From: Caulobacteraceae bacterium
GTDB lineage: Bacteria > Pseudomonadota > Alphaproteobacteria > Caulobacterales > Caulobacteraceae
Reading direction: 5' to 3'
Length of the DNA: 61,916 nt
NCBI GenBank assembly: GCA_003165275.1
Contig: PLSW01000378.1
Span: forward strand, 7,526-69,441
Part shown: piece after piece, positions 51,009 through 60,699 of the stretch
Layout of the letters: every line of letters starts with the position of its first letter
How positions within the stretch are numbered: position 1 is the first letter of the stretch
Position numbers and translations under genes: made by a program
The notes under the pieces: model-generated
Databases searched by the model: none
Told to the model about the DNA's origin: nothing
The model's input: only the letters and a program-made list of their open reading frames with translations

Positions 51009-52021
51009 GCGACTTCCAGATGGTCCACGGATTCGAAGACGTGTGGCGGCCGCCGGTCCGGCCGCGGCGCAGGACGCCCGTGGCGCTGCTTGGCGGGCTG
51101 GGCGCCGGCCAGGCCGCCCGGGCAAAGCTGGCGCGCCTCGCCGCCCGGACGCCGGAAGTGATGGTCAAGGTGACGGGGCGTACGCGCGATCCGGCCCACC
51201 TGAAGGCTCACCTCGACTACATCAGCCGCAACGGTCAGCTGGATCTCGAAACCCCTGACGGCGCGGTCCTCGCCGGCCGCGCCGAGGTGCGCGACCTAGC
51301 CGCCGACTGGAGCGCCGTGCAGCTGGCGGACCGGCGGACCCGGACGGGTGCGCCCTTCAGCCATAACCTGGTGCTGTCGATGCCGGCCGGGACGGACCCG
51401 GAGCGCCTGCGCGACGCCGCCCGCGCTTTCGCCACGGCGTTATTCGAGGGCCGCCACGACTATGTCTTCACGCTGCACACCGACACGCCGCGTCCACATG
51501 TGCATCTGTCCATCTGTACACGCGCATACACCGGCGAGCGCCTGAACCCGCGCAAGGCCGACCTGGAGCTTTGGCGTCAGACCTTCGCCCAGGCCCTGCG
51601 CGACCGCGGCGTAGCCGCCGAGGCGACGCCGCGCCGGGCCAGGGGCGTGACCCGCAAGCCCGAGCGCCAGGCCCTGCGCAAGATCCGTGAGCGCCATGAG
51701 ACGCGGGGAGGGGACATCAGCCAAGTGCGTCGCGCCGCCTACCAAGACGCGGCCAAGGCGGCATTCGGCGGCCCGCCGGTGACGACGCCCTGGGAACAGC
51801 GCATGGCCGAGCGCCAGGCCCAGGTGCGCGCCCTCTACCTGGCCCAGGCCCAGGTATTGGCGGGATCAGCCGACCGGGAAGACCGGGCGCTCGCGGCCAA
51901 GGTCGCCGCCTTCGTGGCCACCATGCCGCAGCCGGACAGCCAGCGCCTGGCCCTGGCCCGCGAGCTGCGGGCAGCGGCCCTGCTTACCAACCGAGAGCCC
52001 GGACCGGAGCGGAGGCGCTGA
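51005..52021 (+). CDS. VirD2-type (MOBP) relaxase
   Basis: PEVMVKVTG, HLDYISRNG, NLVLSMP, LHTDTPRPHVH. Confidence 0.93.
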   Translation: MSDFQMVHGFEDVWRPPVRPRRRTPVALLGGLGAGQAARAKLARLAARTPEVMVKVTGRTRDPAHLKAHLDYISRNGQLDLETPDGAVLAGRAEVRDLAADWSAVQLADRRTRTGAPFSHNLVLSMPAGTDPERLRDAARAFATALFEGRHDYVFTLHTDTPRPHVHLSICTRAYTGERLNPRKADLELWRQTFAQALRDRGVAAEATPRRARGVTRKPERQALRKIRERHETRGGDISQVRRAAYQDAAKAAFGGPPVTTPWEQRMAERQAQVRALYLAQAQVLAGSADREDRALAAKVAAFVATMPQPDSQRLALARELRAAALLTNREPGPERRR

Positions 52022-52029
52022 TGAGCGGG

Positions 52030-52287
52030 TTAGCGCTCGCCGAACGGATGCTTGCCGTATTTGCGCATCAGGTCATCGAACGCCTCGCCCATCAGGGCCT
52101 GCAGGGTCACGTCCTGCTCAAGCGCCAAAACGTGCAGCGCCCGGCTCATCTCCGCGCTGAAGTGGCCGCTGACCAGCTTCTTGCCTGACCGGGCGCTGCG
52201 CTTGGCGGCGGCGGTGTCTTCAGCCGCCGCCTCGGCCAATGGTCGCTTGGCCGCTTGGCTGGTCTTGATGGCTGCGAACCGGCTCAT
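52030..52287 (-). CDS. Small RHH partition protein (ParG-like)
   Basis: 85 aa from MSRF; KKLVSGHFS...LQALMGEAFDDL..KYG; ATGA overlap with parA. Confidence 0.75.
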   Translation of the reverse strand: MSRFAAIKTSQAAKRPLAEAAAEDTAAAKRSARSGKKLVSGHFSAEMSRALHVLALEQDVTLQALMGEAFDDLMRKYGKHPFGER

Positions 52288-52940
52288 ACGGCCGAGCGGG
52301 CCGGTATACGGGTGGACAGGTGCAGCTGTGTACGGGTCCACGCCCACAGGGCGGCGATCTCGTTGGCGGCCTTGCTGCCAGCGGCCAGCTCGGGGGCGCT
52401 CCGTCCCGACGCGGTCGCGTGGTGGAAGGCGGCGCGCTCCGACAGCACGACTGGCGCGATCGGCAGCTGGAACGTGTTCGAGATCACCTCGGCCGCATCG
52501 CGGTAGACGAGGGGCGCGTGTGGCGGTCCGGCGTTGAACACGACGAAGGCCGGCTTGCCGCTGGAGCGGACCAGCTCGCCGGTCGCCTCGATGGCGGCCA
52601 GATCGAAAGCGCGCGGGCGGCAGGGAATCAGGATCAGGTCCGCCAGCTTTGCCGCCTGGCGGGCCATCGCGTCGGCGTGAGGCGGGGTGTCGATCAGCAC
52701 CACCTCGGCTCCCAACTCGCGGGACTTGGCCAGCTTGCCCGCCAGCAGGGACGGCGCCCCGCAGTCGACCACTTCAGGATCGCCGCCGCCGCGCCAGTGG
52801 CTCCATTGGCTGGCCGTGGCCTGGGGGTCGGTGTCCAGCAGTAGGGACACGTGCTCGGCCGCGGCGGCGGTTGCGAGGTGCACCGCCAGGGTGGTCTTTC
52901 CGGCCCCGCCCTTCTGGCTGATGACGGCGATAGTGTGCAT
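52284..52940 (-). CDS. parA: Type Ib ParA ATPase
   Basis: QKGGAGKTT, DTDPQ, IDTPP; no N-terminal HTH. Confidence 0.93.
   Translation of the reverse strand: MHTIAVISQKGGAGKTTLAVHLATAAAAEHVSLLLDTDPQATASQWSHWRGGGDPEVVDCGAPSLLAGKLAKSRELGAEVVLIDTPPHADAMARQAAKLADLILIPCRPRAFDLAAIEATGELVRSSGKPAFVVFNAGPPHAPLVYRDAAEVISNTFQLPIAPVVLSERAAFHHATASGRSAPELAAGSKAANEIAALWAWTRTQLHLSTRIPARSAV
52304..52343. repeat. 8-bp-period GTnnAC array (candidate parS/operator)
   Basis: GTATACGG GTGGACAG GTGCAGCT GTGTACGG GTCCACGC; a weaker array lies at 52933-52972. Confidence 0.45.
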
Positions 52941-53320
52941 GTGGAACTCCGCACCCGTCCCCGCGTGTACACAAAGCCTTCAGGGGCTCGGGCGGGACCG
53001 CGGTAACTTGCGCCCGGTCAATCGGCGGATCGATGGGTAGATTGCCCAGCAAATCCTGGCCCGGTTTTGACCCCTTTCTTCCGTCCGGGGGTCGACTGCC
53101 ATGCCCAGCTTCACCGTACGTGCGGCACGCGCCGACCGGACCTTTTGGTGATCGGAAAGGGGCGCGTAGCGCCGAAGCGCATAATGCGAGCCTGGGCTTG
53201 ATCTGCTTGGCGCTGCTGGCGCCCAAGCCCAGCCCCAGTCGGCGTAACCCTGTCGAATTTCGCCGCGCTCGGCCTTAGTGTTCCAGCTGAACTTACGCTG
53301 CTGCCTGAGTCGGAAGCCTC

Positions 53321-54219
53321 TTGATTGAGCTCTACGAGATGGACCTGGAGGCGATGGCCGACGCCCTGCAGCGGTCCGGCGACTACGTCGTGCTGCGACG
53401 TCTCGCGGCGTTCGAGAAACGACCCCTACCGCCAGGAGCGCAGACCCGGCTCGGTCTGTTCGTCGATGTCGAGACGACCGGGTTGGACCCGGCCCACGAT
53501 GAGATCATCGAACTGGCGATGGTCCCGTTTACCTACGACGTCGATGGCGAAATCTATGAGGTGGGCGAGCCTTTCCAGGCGCTCCGCGAACCGTCCCGCC
53601 CTATTCCACCAGAGGTGACCGCGATCACTGGGATCGATGCCGCGATGGTCGAGGGCAAGTCCATTAGTCCTGACGGCGTCACCGCCTTCGCCGCGCCGGC
53701 GGCTCTGGTGGTGGCGCACAATGCCGCCTTCGACCGGAAATTCTTGGAGAGGTTCTGCCCGACCTTCACCACCAAAGCCTGGGCCTGTTCGATGAGTCAG
53801 ATTGATTGGGCCGCCGAGGGCTTCGAGGGCGCCAAGCTCAGCTATCTGGCGACCGGCGCGGGCTTTTCTACGAGCGCCACCGGGCGACACACGACTGCCT
53901 GGCCGCCATAGCGCTTCTGGCTGGGGTGCAGCCGGTAAGCGGCCGCACTGGCCTGGCCCAACTGCTGGAGCGGGCGCGGATGCCCAGCTGGCGGATTTGG
54001 GCGGAGAATTCACCGTTTGAGTTCAAGGACGTCTTGAAGGCGCGCGGCTATCGCTGGAACGGCGAGGGCAATGGGGCGCCCCGCGCCTGGTACGTCGACG
54101 TGGCCGACGCCGAGCGCGAGGCCGAGCTGACCTTCCTCAAGTCCGAGATCTATCGCGGAGAGATCGACCTCCTCGTCCGCCGTGTAACCGCCTATGATCG
54201 CTTCTCGGAGCGGTGCTGA
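53321..54219 (+). pseudogene. DEDDh 3'-5' exonuclease (DnaQ-like), frameshifted near 53865
   Basis: DVETTG and AHNAAFD in one frame; FYERHRATHDC and KDVLKARGYRW in another; restored by adding one T to the TTTT run. Confidence 0.85.
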
Positions 54220-54259
54220 CCATGGCCGGTCGATCTCGCCTCAACGATCGAGATCGAGC

Positions 54260-55985
54260 ATGACCGCGCTTCGGCATCTGCACATTCAGCGCTTTCGCGG
54301 TGTCGCCCAGGCCCAATGGGCGCCGCGCGATGGCGTCAACGGCCTGATCGGCGCTGGGGACAGCGGCAAGTCCACGCTGCTCGATGCCATCGACCTGGTG
54401 CTGGCCCAACGGCGCAATCTCACCTTCACCGATGCGGATTTCTTCAGTCTGGACGTCTCCGCGCCGATCCAAATCAGCGCGACGCTCGGGGATTTGCCGG
54501 ACAGCCTGCAGGACTTGGACGCCTACGGCCAGTACCTGCGGGGGTGGGACGCCGCCGCCAAGACGATCACCGACGAGCCGGCCGACGGCCTCGAAGTGGT
54601 GCTGACGCTGCGGCTGGCCGTGGACAGCGACTTGGAGCCTCACTGGGCGCTCTACTCCGACCGGGCCGCCACGGACGGCCACAGCCGGGACCTGCCCCTT
54701 CGCCGACCGCGGGCGGATCGCGCCCACCCGGCTCGGGGCTTTCGCTACGCACCACTTTTCGTGGGGAGCGCGCTCGGTCCTCAACCGGATTTCCGAGGAG
54801 CGGGCCTCTGCGAACCAGGCTCTGGCCGAAGCGGCGCGAGAAGCTCGCAAGACTTTCGGCGACCGGGCTTCGGCGCAGGTCGAGGAAACGTTGAGGATCG
54901 TCGAGGAGGTCGCCAGCGCGGCCGGGGTACGGGGCGCGGCAGAGGTGCAGGCGCTTCTCGACGCCCATGGCGTCAGTTTCAGCGGCGGGGCCATCGCGCT
55001 GCATGACGGGGCCGGCATCCCACTGCGCAACTTGGGCGTCGGCAGTTCTCGGCTGCTGGTCGCCAACCTGCAGGCGGTGGCCGCTGAGGACTCCGCCATC
55101 AGCCTGATCGATGAGTTGGAGCACGGCCTGGAGCCCTACCGGATCGCACGCCTGCTTCACACCCTGGGCAGCAAGGACGCGACGCCGAGGGGGCAGGTGT
55201 TCCTTACCACCCACTCTCCGATCTGCGTCCGCGAATTGGCGGCGCGACAGCTGTGGAAGGTCCACCGCGACGTGGCGGGCACCCTCAGCGTGGTGGAGCT
55301 CGGCGTTGGCGAAGATGACCAGGGGACACTGCGGGCATGCGCGGAAGCCTTCCTCGCCCCGCATGTCTTGGTCTGCGAAGGCGCTACCGAGGTGGGGCTG
55401 GTGCGCGGCCTGGACCTGTACTGGGCCGAACACGAGGGCGAAACGCTGGCCCGGCACGGCGTGACGCCAGCGGACGGCGGTGGCAGCAACTTTGTCGCTC
55501 GCGCCCTGTGCTTCGCGAACCTCGGCTATCGCACAGGCCTGCTGCGGGACTCGGACGTGGTCCTGACAAAGGCTCAGCTTGATGCGTTGAACGCAGCCGG
55601 CGTCACCCAATTCGCTTGGACCGCGCCCTTGTCCACCGACCAGCAGTTGTTCGCCTCGCTGCCGGACGCTGCCCTGGAAAAGATGCTCGCCATCGCCATC
55701 GACCATTGCGGGCAGGACAGCGTCGCCAAGCACGTCACCAACCTCGACCCCAATTGCGACATCAGCCTACTCGATTTGCTGGGGTTCGACGCCCCGACGC
55801 GGGCGACGCTCGGCACGGCCGCGAAAAACGGGAAGTGGTTCAAGACCATCGACCAGGGCGAGCGGGTCGGCCGTGAGGTCTTAGGGCCCTTCCTCGACAG
55901 AGCCGATGCGCCAGTGCCGGCAGTAGTCGCCGCCCTGCGCGCTTGGATCGCCGGCCTACCACCGGAAGAGGACGATGACTTTTAG
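54260..55985 (+). pseudogene. gajA: OLD-family ATPase-TOPRIM nuclease (Gabija GajA-like), frameshifted near 54697
   Basis: GAGDSGKST, IDELEHGLEP, TTHSP, VCEGATE, RDSD; restored by removing one C from CCCC at 54695-54698. Confidence 0.82.
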
Positions 55986-57378
55986 GCTGTTCGATCACGA
56001 CCGCGGGTCGGTGGTCGCACCGGCGGGCTGCGGCAAGACCCAGGCCATCGTCGACGCCCTGCTGGCGCACGCAGGTCCGCCGGCGCTGATCCTCACACAC
56101 ACCAACGCGGGCGTTGCTGCGCTCAAGGGCCGGCTGGCCCGGGCTAAAGTTCCGAGTCAGGCCTTTCGCCTGAGCACCATCGACGGATGGTCGATGCGGC
56201 TGGCCGCCACCTTCCCGGCGCTCTCGTCGGCACCGGTGCTGACGGGCAAGGTCGACTATCCTGCGGTGCAGCGGGCGGCGCTCCGCGCCGTGGCCAGCGG
56301 CGCCATCGACGGCCCGATATGCGCGACCTACAGCCGCCTGGTGGTCGACGAATACCAGGACTGCTCGCATGGTCAGCACGCCATTATCCTCGCGCTGGCC
56401 GCTCGACTTAAGACCTGCGTCCTGGGCGATCCCTTGCAACGGATCTTCGACTTCCGGCCCACCGACCATCCGGATTGGGACCGCGATGTGGAAAGCGCCT
56501 TTGCGCGCGTCGGCGAGTTCGCCACTCCGTGGCGCTGGGTCAACGCCGGGCAGGGGGTGTTCGGGGAATGGGTGCTATCGGTGCGGCCGGCGCTGTTATG
56601 CGGGGGCGCGATCGATCTGCGCCAGGCGCCGGTCAATGTGACCTGGATCCAACTCCCGACCGATCCGGGGCAGCTGCACGCCGCGCACTCGCGGGCGGTC
56701 AACGCGGTGCGGCCCGCGGCTGGCCACGGACTGCTGATTCTCGGCGACTCCAAGAACCGTAAGTCGCGGGCGGACTTCGCTCGCAAGATGCCCGGCCTGA
56801 ACGTGGTCGAACCTGTCGACCTGACCGACCTCGTTGAGGCGGCGGAGCTGATCGACAAAGCCGCCGGGCTTCACCGCCTGCGCGCGACGCTAGAGTTCGC
56901 CTCCATGGTCATGACAGAGATCGACATCGAGGGCATGGGCAAGCGCTTGACGAGCCTGTCGAAGGGTACGGCGCGAAATCCGGCAGACACCGTAGAGACG
57001 GCCTGCCTGCGCTTCGCCGAGGAAGACGGGTTCGCCGTCGTCAACGCGGTCCTGCGGGCTCTGGCGGCGTCATCCCGGCGGACGTTCCGCAACCACCTCT
57101 TGGCGGCGATGTTCGATTCCCTCAGCCGCGTGCTGCGGCGGCCCGACCTCACCCTGGCCGAGGCAGCGGTCGCTGCGCGCGAACAACGCCGGGTGGTCGG
57201 CCGGGCGATGCCGCCACGAGCCGTCACCAGCACCCTGCTGGCGAAGGGGCTGGAGTCCGAGCATGCGATCGTGCTCAATGCGGATGAGATGAACGGCCGC
57301 CACTTTTACGTCGCGATCAGCCGGGCCTCGCACTCCCTGACGATCTTCTCGCGATCGCCGGTGGTGCGCTTCGCTTAG
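55975..57378 (+). CDS. gajB: UvrD-like helicase (Gabija GajB-like)
   Basis: APAGCGKT, VVDEYQDC, GDPLQRIF, KGLE, YVAISRA; overlaps the OLD gene. Confidence 0.85.
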   Translation: MTFRLFDHDRGSVVAPAGCGKTQAIVDALLAHAGPPALILTHTNAGVAALKGRLARAKVPSQAFRLSTIDGWSMRLAATFPALSSAPVLTGKVDYPAVQRAALRAVASGAIDGPICATYSRLVVDEYQDCSHGQHAIILALAARLKTCVLGDPLQRIFDFRPTDHPDWDRDVESAFARVGEFATPWRWVNAGQGVFGEWVLSVRPALLCGGAIDLRQAPVNVTWIQLPTDPGQLHAAHSRAVNAVRPAAGHGLLILGDSKNRKSRADFARKMPGLNVVEPVDLTDLVEAAELIDKAAGLHRLRATLEFASMVMTEIDIEGMGKRLTSLSKGTARNPADTVETACLRFAEEDGFAVVNAVLRALAASSRRTFRNHLLAAMFDSLSRVLRRPDLTLAEAAVAAREQRRVVGRAMPPRAVTSTLLAKGLESEHAIVLNADEMNGRHFYVAISRASHSLTIFSRSPVVRFA

Positions 57379-58499
57379 GGTCGCCCCCCGGCCGCGGCGA
57401 TGGCCCGTTGGATCATGGCGCTGACCGCTGCGAATTCGGCCTGCGCGTCGTAGTCGCGCTCGGACTCTGGCGGCAGGGCGGCAATGAACCGGGCCATCTC
57501 GAGCGCCGAGAAATCGTGGAACGGGTTAAGGCCCATAACGTTGCCCGCCGTCAGGTCGTCGGGCAGAGGGGCGCCGTGGATCCTGGCAAACCGGGCGAAG
57601 GCCGCCGCGAGGTCCCAGTTGGACACAAACAACAGGGTGGCGCTCAAGGCGGTCAGCGCCGAGGGGGCGTTCTGCTTGAAATAGTCGAAGCGCGACTTCG
57701 GCAGCTTCAGCGCCCCATAGTCCACCATCAAGGTGCCCAAGGTGACGGTCTTGTCGAACAGCGGGCGCAGTGGTTCCATGGCGATCAATCGGCCGCCTCG
57801 GTGCGAGGACAGTAGCCGCTTGACCCGATCGCGCACCGGGGCGTCGAACGCCGCGCGAGGCACGCCAGCCAACAAGTCCTTGTGGAGAAAGGCCAGATGG
57901 CGGCGGGCGGCGGCCTTGGCATCGAAGCCGGGCAGGCCGACGTGGATCGGGTCGAAAGCCAAGGCCTCGTAGGTGGGCAGGCCCCGGATCGTGAAGAGCC
58001 AATCGACCATGGCCGATGTGCCGGCGACCACGAAACTGTTCGTGTCCCGTTGCGTCAGGAACCAAGCGCGCATGTTGAAGATGTCAGTCCGGCTCAGCGC
58101 GCCGATCGCCATCGCCTTGCACACCAGCTCGCGGACCACCCGGGTGTCCCGGTCATCGGCGGTGAACAGGACGTCGACGCCGCGCGTTAATCCCGGCTCG
58201 TCGTCCAGGGGATAGAAGTCGCAGCCGAGCGTATGGGCGGTTCGGCCGTCACTGTTGAGGAAGCGAAAATGCGCCTGTCGGGTGTTGCCGCCCCTTGGCT
58301 TGACGACATCTGACAGCACCACGCTTGCGCCTGTGCATCGGCATGAAGGGCACAGCAGATCCGCGCGCACCCAATCGCGCTCGCCCGGCGACAGGTCGAA
58401 ATCGCTCTGGGCGATGGAGGCGGTCACCCCCCGCAGCTTGAGCAGCTGCTTGACGTCCAGCTCCCGACCGAACTGCTGTGAGTAGGCCGTTTGGGACAT
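57375..58499 (-). CDS. Hypothetical protein with N-terminal putative Zn-binding module
   Basis: 374 aa; LLCPSC...AHFRF...HTLGC. Confidence 0.75.
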   Translation of the reverse strand: MSQTAYSQQFGRELDVKQLLKLRGVTASIAQSDFDLSPGERDWVRADLLCPSCRCTGASVVLSDVVKPRGGNTRQAHFRFLNSDGRTAHTLGCDFYPLDDEPGLTRGVDVLFTADDRDTRVVRELVCKAMAIGALSRTDIFNMRAWFLTQRDTNSFVVAGTSAMVDWLFTIRGLPTYEALAFDPIHVGLPGFDAKAAARRHLAFLHKDLLAGVPRAAFDAPVRDRVKRLLSSHRGGRLIAMEPLRPLFDKTVTLGTLMVDYGALKLPKSRFDYFKQNAPSALTALSATLLFVSNWDLAAAFARFARIHGAPLPDDLTAGNVMGLNPFHDFSALEMARFIAALPPESERDYDAQAEFAAVSAMIQRAIAAAGGRP

Positions 58500-58704
58500 C
58501 GCGAATCCATCTGCGCCTGTCGCTGTCCGACAAGGCTATACCTGTCCGCTGTGTTCGAGGCCTACATCGACAACAGAGCGCTTTCACGGTCTGCGTTCAC
58601 GGTCTGGGCGACGACCTTGACCACGAGCGACTGCTGTACGGTGAGACCGCCGTCTTGTCCTCATGTTGCGCCTGTAAGCCGGTGACGGTCATGGGGGCGG
58701 GGCG

Positions 58705-59421
58705 CTATCGGTCGTCGGGGAAGAGGGGCGTGCCTTTGTCGGGCTTCTTGGTGGCGTCGGCCTTCTGGGCCGCCTTTCGTTTGGCCTTGACCGCGCTGTA
58801 TTCGTCGAAGGCGGCCAGCAGGATGCGCATGTATTCGACGAGGTTGGCGCGGCTCACCACGCCCATCTCGTCGCCCGTCAGGACCTCGATCTCGCGGCCC
58901 TGGCCCTTCCTGTGCTCACGCAGGTCGAGCCACTCCAGGGGCGCATCCTTGAAGTCGCCGACGAAGAAGGTCTCGCGTAGGACCGTATTGAGGATCGCCT
59001 TCTGCAGCGGATCGAGGGTGCGGCCCTTCCAAGACTGCACCCATAACACCTTGAGCTTGCCCTCCTCCGCCCAGTAGCCGGCGGGCTGGACCGGCACCAC
59101 CACCCCGCTACTGATGGGGTAGAAGTGCTTTTCGCATGCATTGAACCAGGGGACGGCCTTGCCTGCGGCGTAGGGCGCGAACGCCTCGATCAGCCCGATA
59201 TTGGGATCGACGTTGTGCGCCTTCTCGAGTTTGCACATCCGCACGGCCCAATCGAGAGGCTGGCCTTCCATCAGCGGTTTAAACAGCCGCCGGCCGGGAT
59301 TGAGCGAGATGGAGATCTGAGCGGCGTCCAGGCGCTCGAGGTTGCGGACGGTCCCGGCAACTGTGTCGGCGATCAGGGCGACCGCATGCTGCAGCGACGG
59401 CGTCTTTCGGAGATCGACCAT
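58705..59421 (-). CDS. Putative toxin, SocB-like
   Basis: 238 aa, 7 nt downstream of the Panacea gene; size and pattern recall SocB; C-terminal GTPLF. Confidence 0.55.
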   Translation of the reverse strand: MVDLRKTPSLQHAVALIADTVAGTVRNLERLDAAQISISLNPGRRLFKPLMEGQPLDWAVRMCKLEKAHNVDPNIGLIEAFAPYAAGKAVPWFNACEKHFYPISSGVVVPVQPAGYWAEEGKLKVLWVQSWKGRTLDPLQKAILNTVLRETFFVGDFKDAPLEWLDLREHRKGQGREIEVLTGDEMGVVSRANLVEYMRILLAAFDEYSAVKAKRKAAQKADATKKPDKGTPLFPDDR

Positions 59422-59428
59422 CTATGAC

Positions 59429-59926
59429 CTACGAGGGCTTGGCGAATTGCCCTCTATAAAACGATTCGGTCACGCTGTCTGGGATCTGCATGCCCGGGCA
59501 GGGCGCGGCCTCAGCGGAGCACCACACCTGGTCCCACGGGGCGCCGGGCTGGTGGGAAATTTCGACCAGCTTGGCGGCGGTGAAGCGGCCGTAGAACAGG
59601 GTGATCCGCTCGATCAGCTCAGCTTCACGCGAGGGTAGGCTCACGCGGTACGGGACCTGGGCCCCCGTGGCCAAGTCGATCTTGGTCAGTCTGGACCGGA
59701 TCGGCTGGTCTTTGTAGGATTTGAACTGGCGGTAGATCTGCGGGTGAACCGGCCCGTACTGCCAAGCCTCGAACGCGGAGTCGACAAGCGGTTCGCCGTA
59801 CTGGGCAAGAAACCAGCCGTGCGCGAAGTAGACAATCTTGTTGAGCGACATGTTCGACAGCGCGAAGCCGCCCTTTGCCGCGGCCTCTAAGACGGCATTG
59901 CCGACCTCCCGGACGTCATAGGCCAT
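59429..59926 (-). CDS. Panacea/DUF4065 (SocA-like) antitoxin
   Basis: SLNKIVYFAHGW, FEAWQYGPV, LVEISH..GAPW. Confidence 0.9.
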   Translation of the reverse strand: MAYDVREVGNAVLEAAAKGGFALSNMSLNKIVYFAHGWFLAQYGEPLVDSAFEAWQYGPVHPQIYRQFKSYKDQPIRSRLTKIDLATGAQVPYRVSLPSREAELIERITLFYGRFTAAKLVEISHQPGAPWDQVWCSAEAAPCPGMQIPDSVTESFYRGQFAKPS

Positions 59927-59975
59927 CGCGCACACTCGCATCCGCAGACCGCCTCCCCAAGGGGTAGGCTATCAT

Positions 59976-59990
59976 GTTCCGTGTTTGTTC
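59976..59990 (-). promoter_or_regulatory. Alphaproteobacterial LexA box
   Basis: GTTC-CGTGTTT-GTTC (GTTC-N7-GTTC), about 50 bp upstream of the Panacea gene. Confidence 0.7.
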
Positions 59991-60027
59991 CAATCTCTTT
60001 CGAGGGCCTGGCAACGCGGCCCGACCG

Positions 60028-60699
60028 CTAAAACTCATCGAAGTCAGAAGGTTCGTCGCTGAGGTCAAGGGCGTCCGAGCGTCTGGACCATAGGCCACCT
60101 TCGTGTTGGATTTTGGTTGCCCGCGCAACCACCAGGCCGCGTTGCGGGGGAAAGCCCTTCTTGGTCAGCATCCGCGCCGCTGCGATCATCTGCGAGCCGG
60201 AGGTCAGCACGTCGTCGAACAGCACGATGGGCGCCTGAGGCTGCGCCATCAACTGCATGTGCGGCTCGTAGAGATCGGGGTGGCGATAGTCATGACTCTG
60301 ATGGGCCTTTTGGCGCGGGGCATCCCATCGGATAGCGGGGCAGACCGTGGCGCCGATCCCAAAGCCGTGGGCGACCTTCTGAGCCAGCTCAACCGCACGG
60401 AATGGGCCGTTCGCGCCGACTGCCATGCCGCTGTTGGGGATCGGCACGATTGAGATTGGGCTGGCGATATCGTTCCTGAGCTTCCGCCCGATCGCCGGCA
60501 GGATTAGGTCGATCAGCTCATTAATGTTGTCGCTATCGATGCGACGGGGAGCTCCCCCGATCTTGACCTCCATATAGCCGTTGAAAGGCTCCGCCTTGAG
60601 GCCTTTGACGACGATGCGGCTGTTCCAATCGACCGTGCGCCACTGGCAATCGACGTCGGTTAGATGGTGGCACCAGAAGTCGTAGGGCAGATGCGTCAT
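60028..60699 (-). CDS. Type I phosphoribosyltransferase-domain protein (ShosT-like)
   Basis: IVPIP and PRPP loop IVLFDDVLTSGSQM; ATG overlaps the dprA stop. Confidence 0.85.
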   Translation of the reverse strand: MTHLPYDFWCHHLTDVDCQWRTVDWNSRIVVKGLKAEPFNGYMEVKIGGAPRRIDSDNINELIDLILPAIGRKLRNDIASPISIVPIPNSGMAVGANGPFRAVELAQKVAHGFGIGATVCPAIRWDAPRQKAHQSHDYRHPDLYEPHMQLMAQPQAPIVLFDDVLTSGSQMIAAARMLTKKGFPPQRGLVVARATKIQHEGGLWSRRSDALDLSDEPSDFDEF

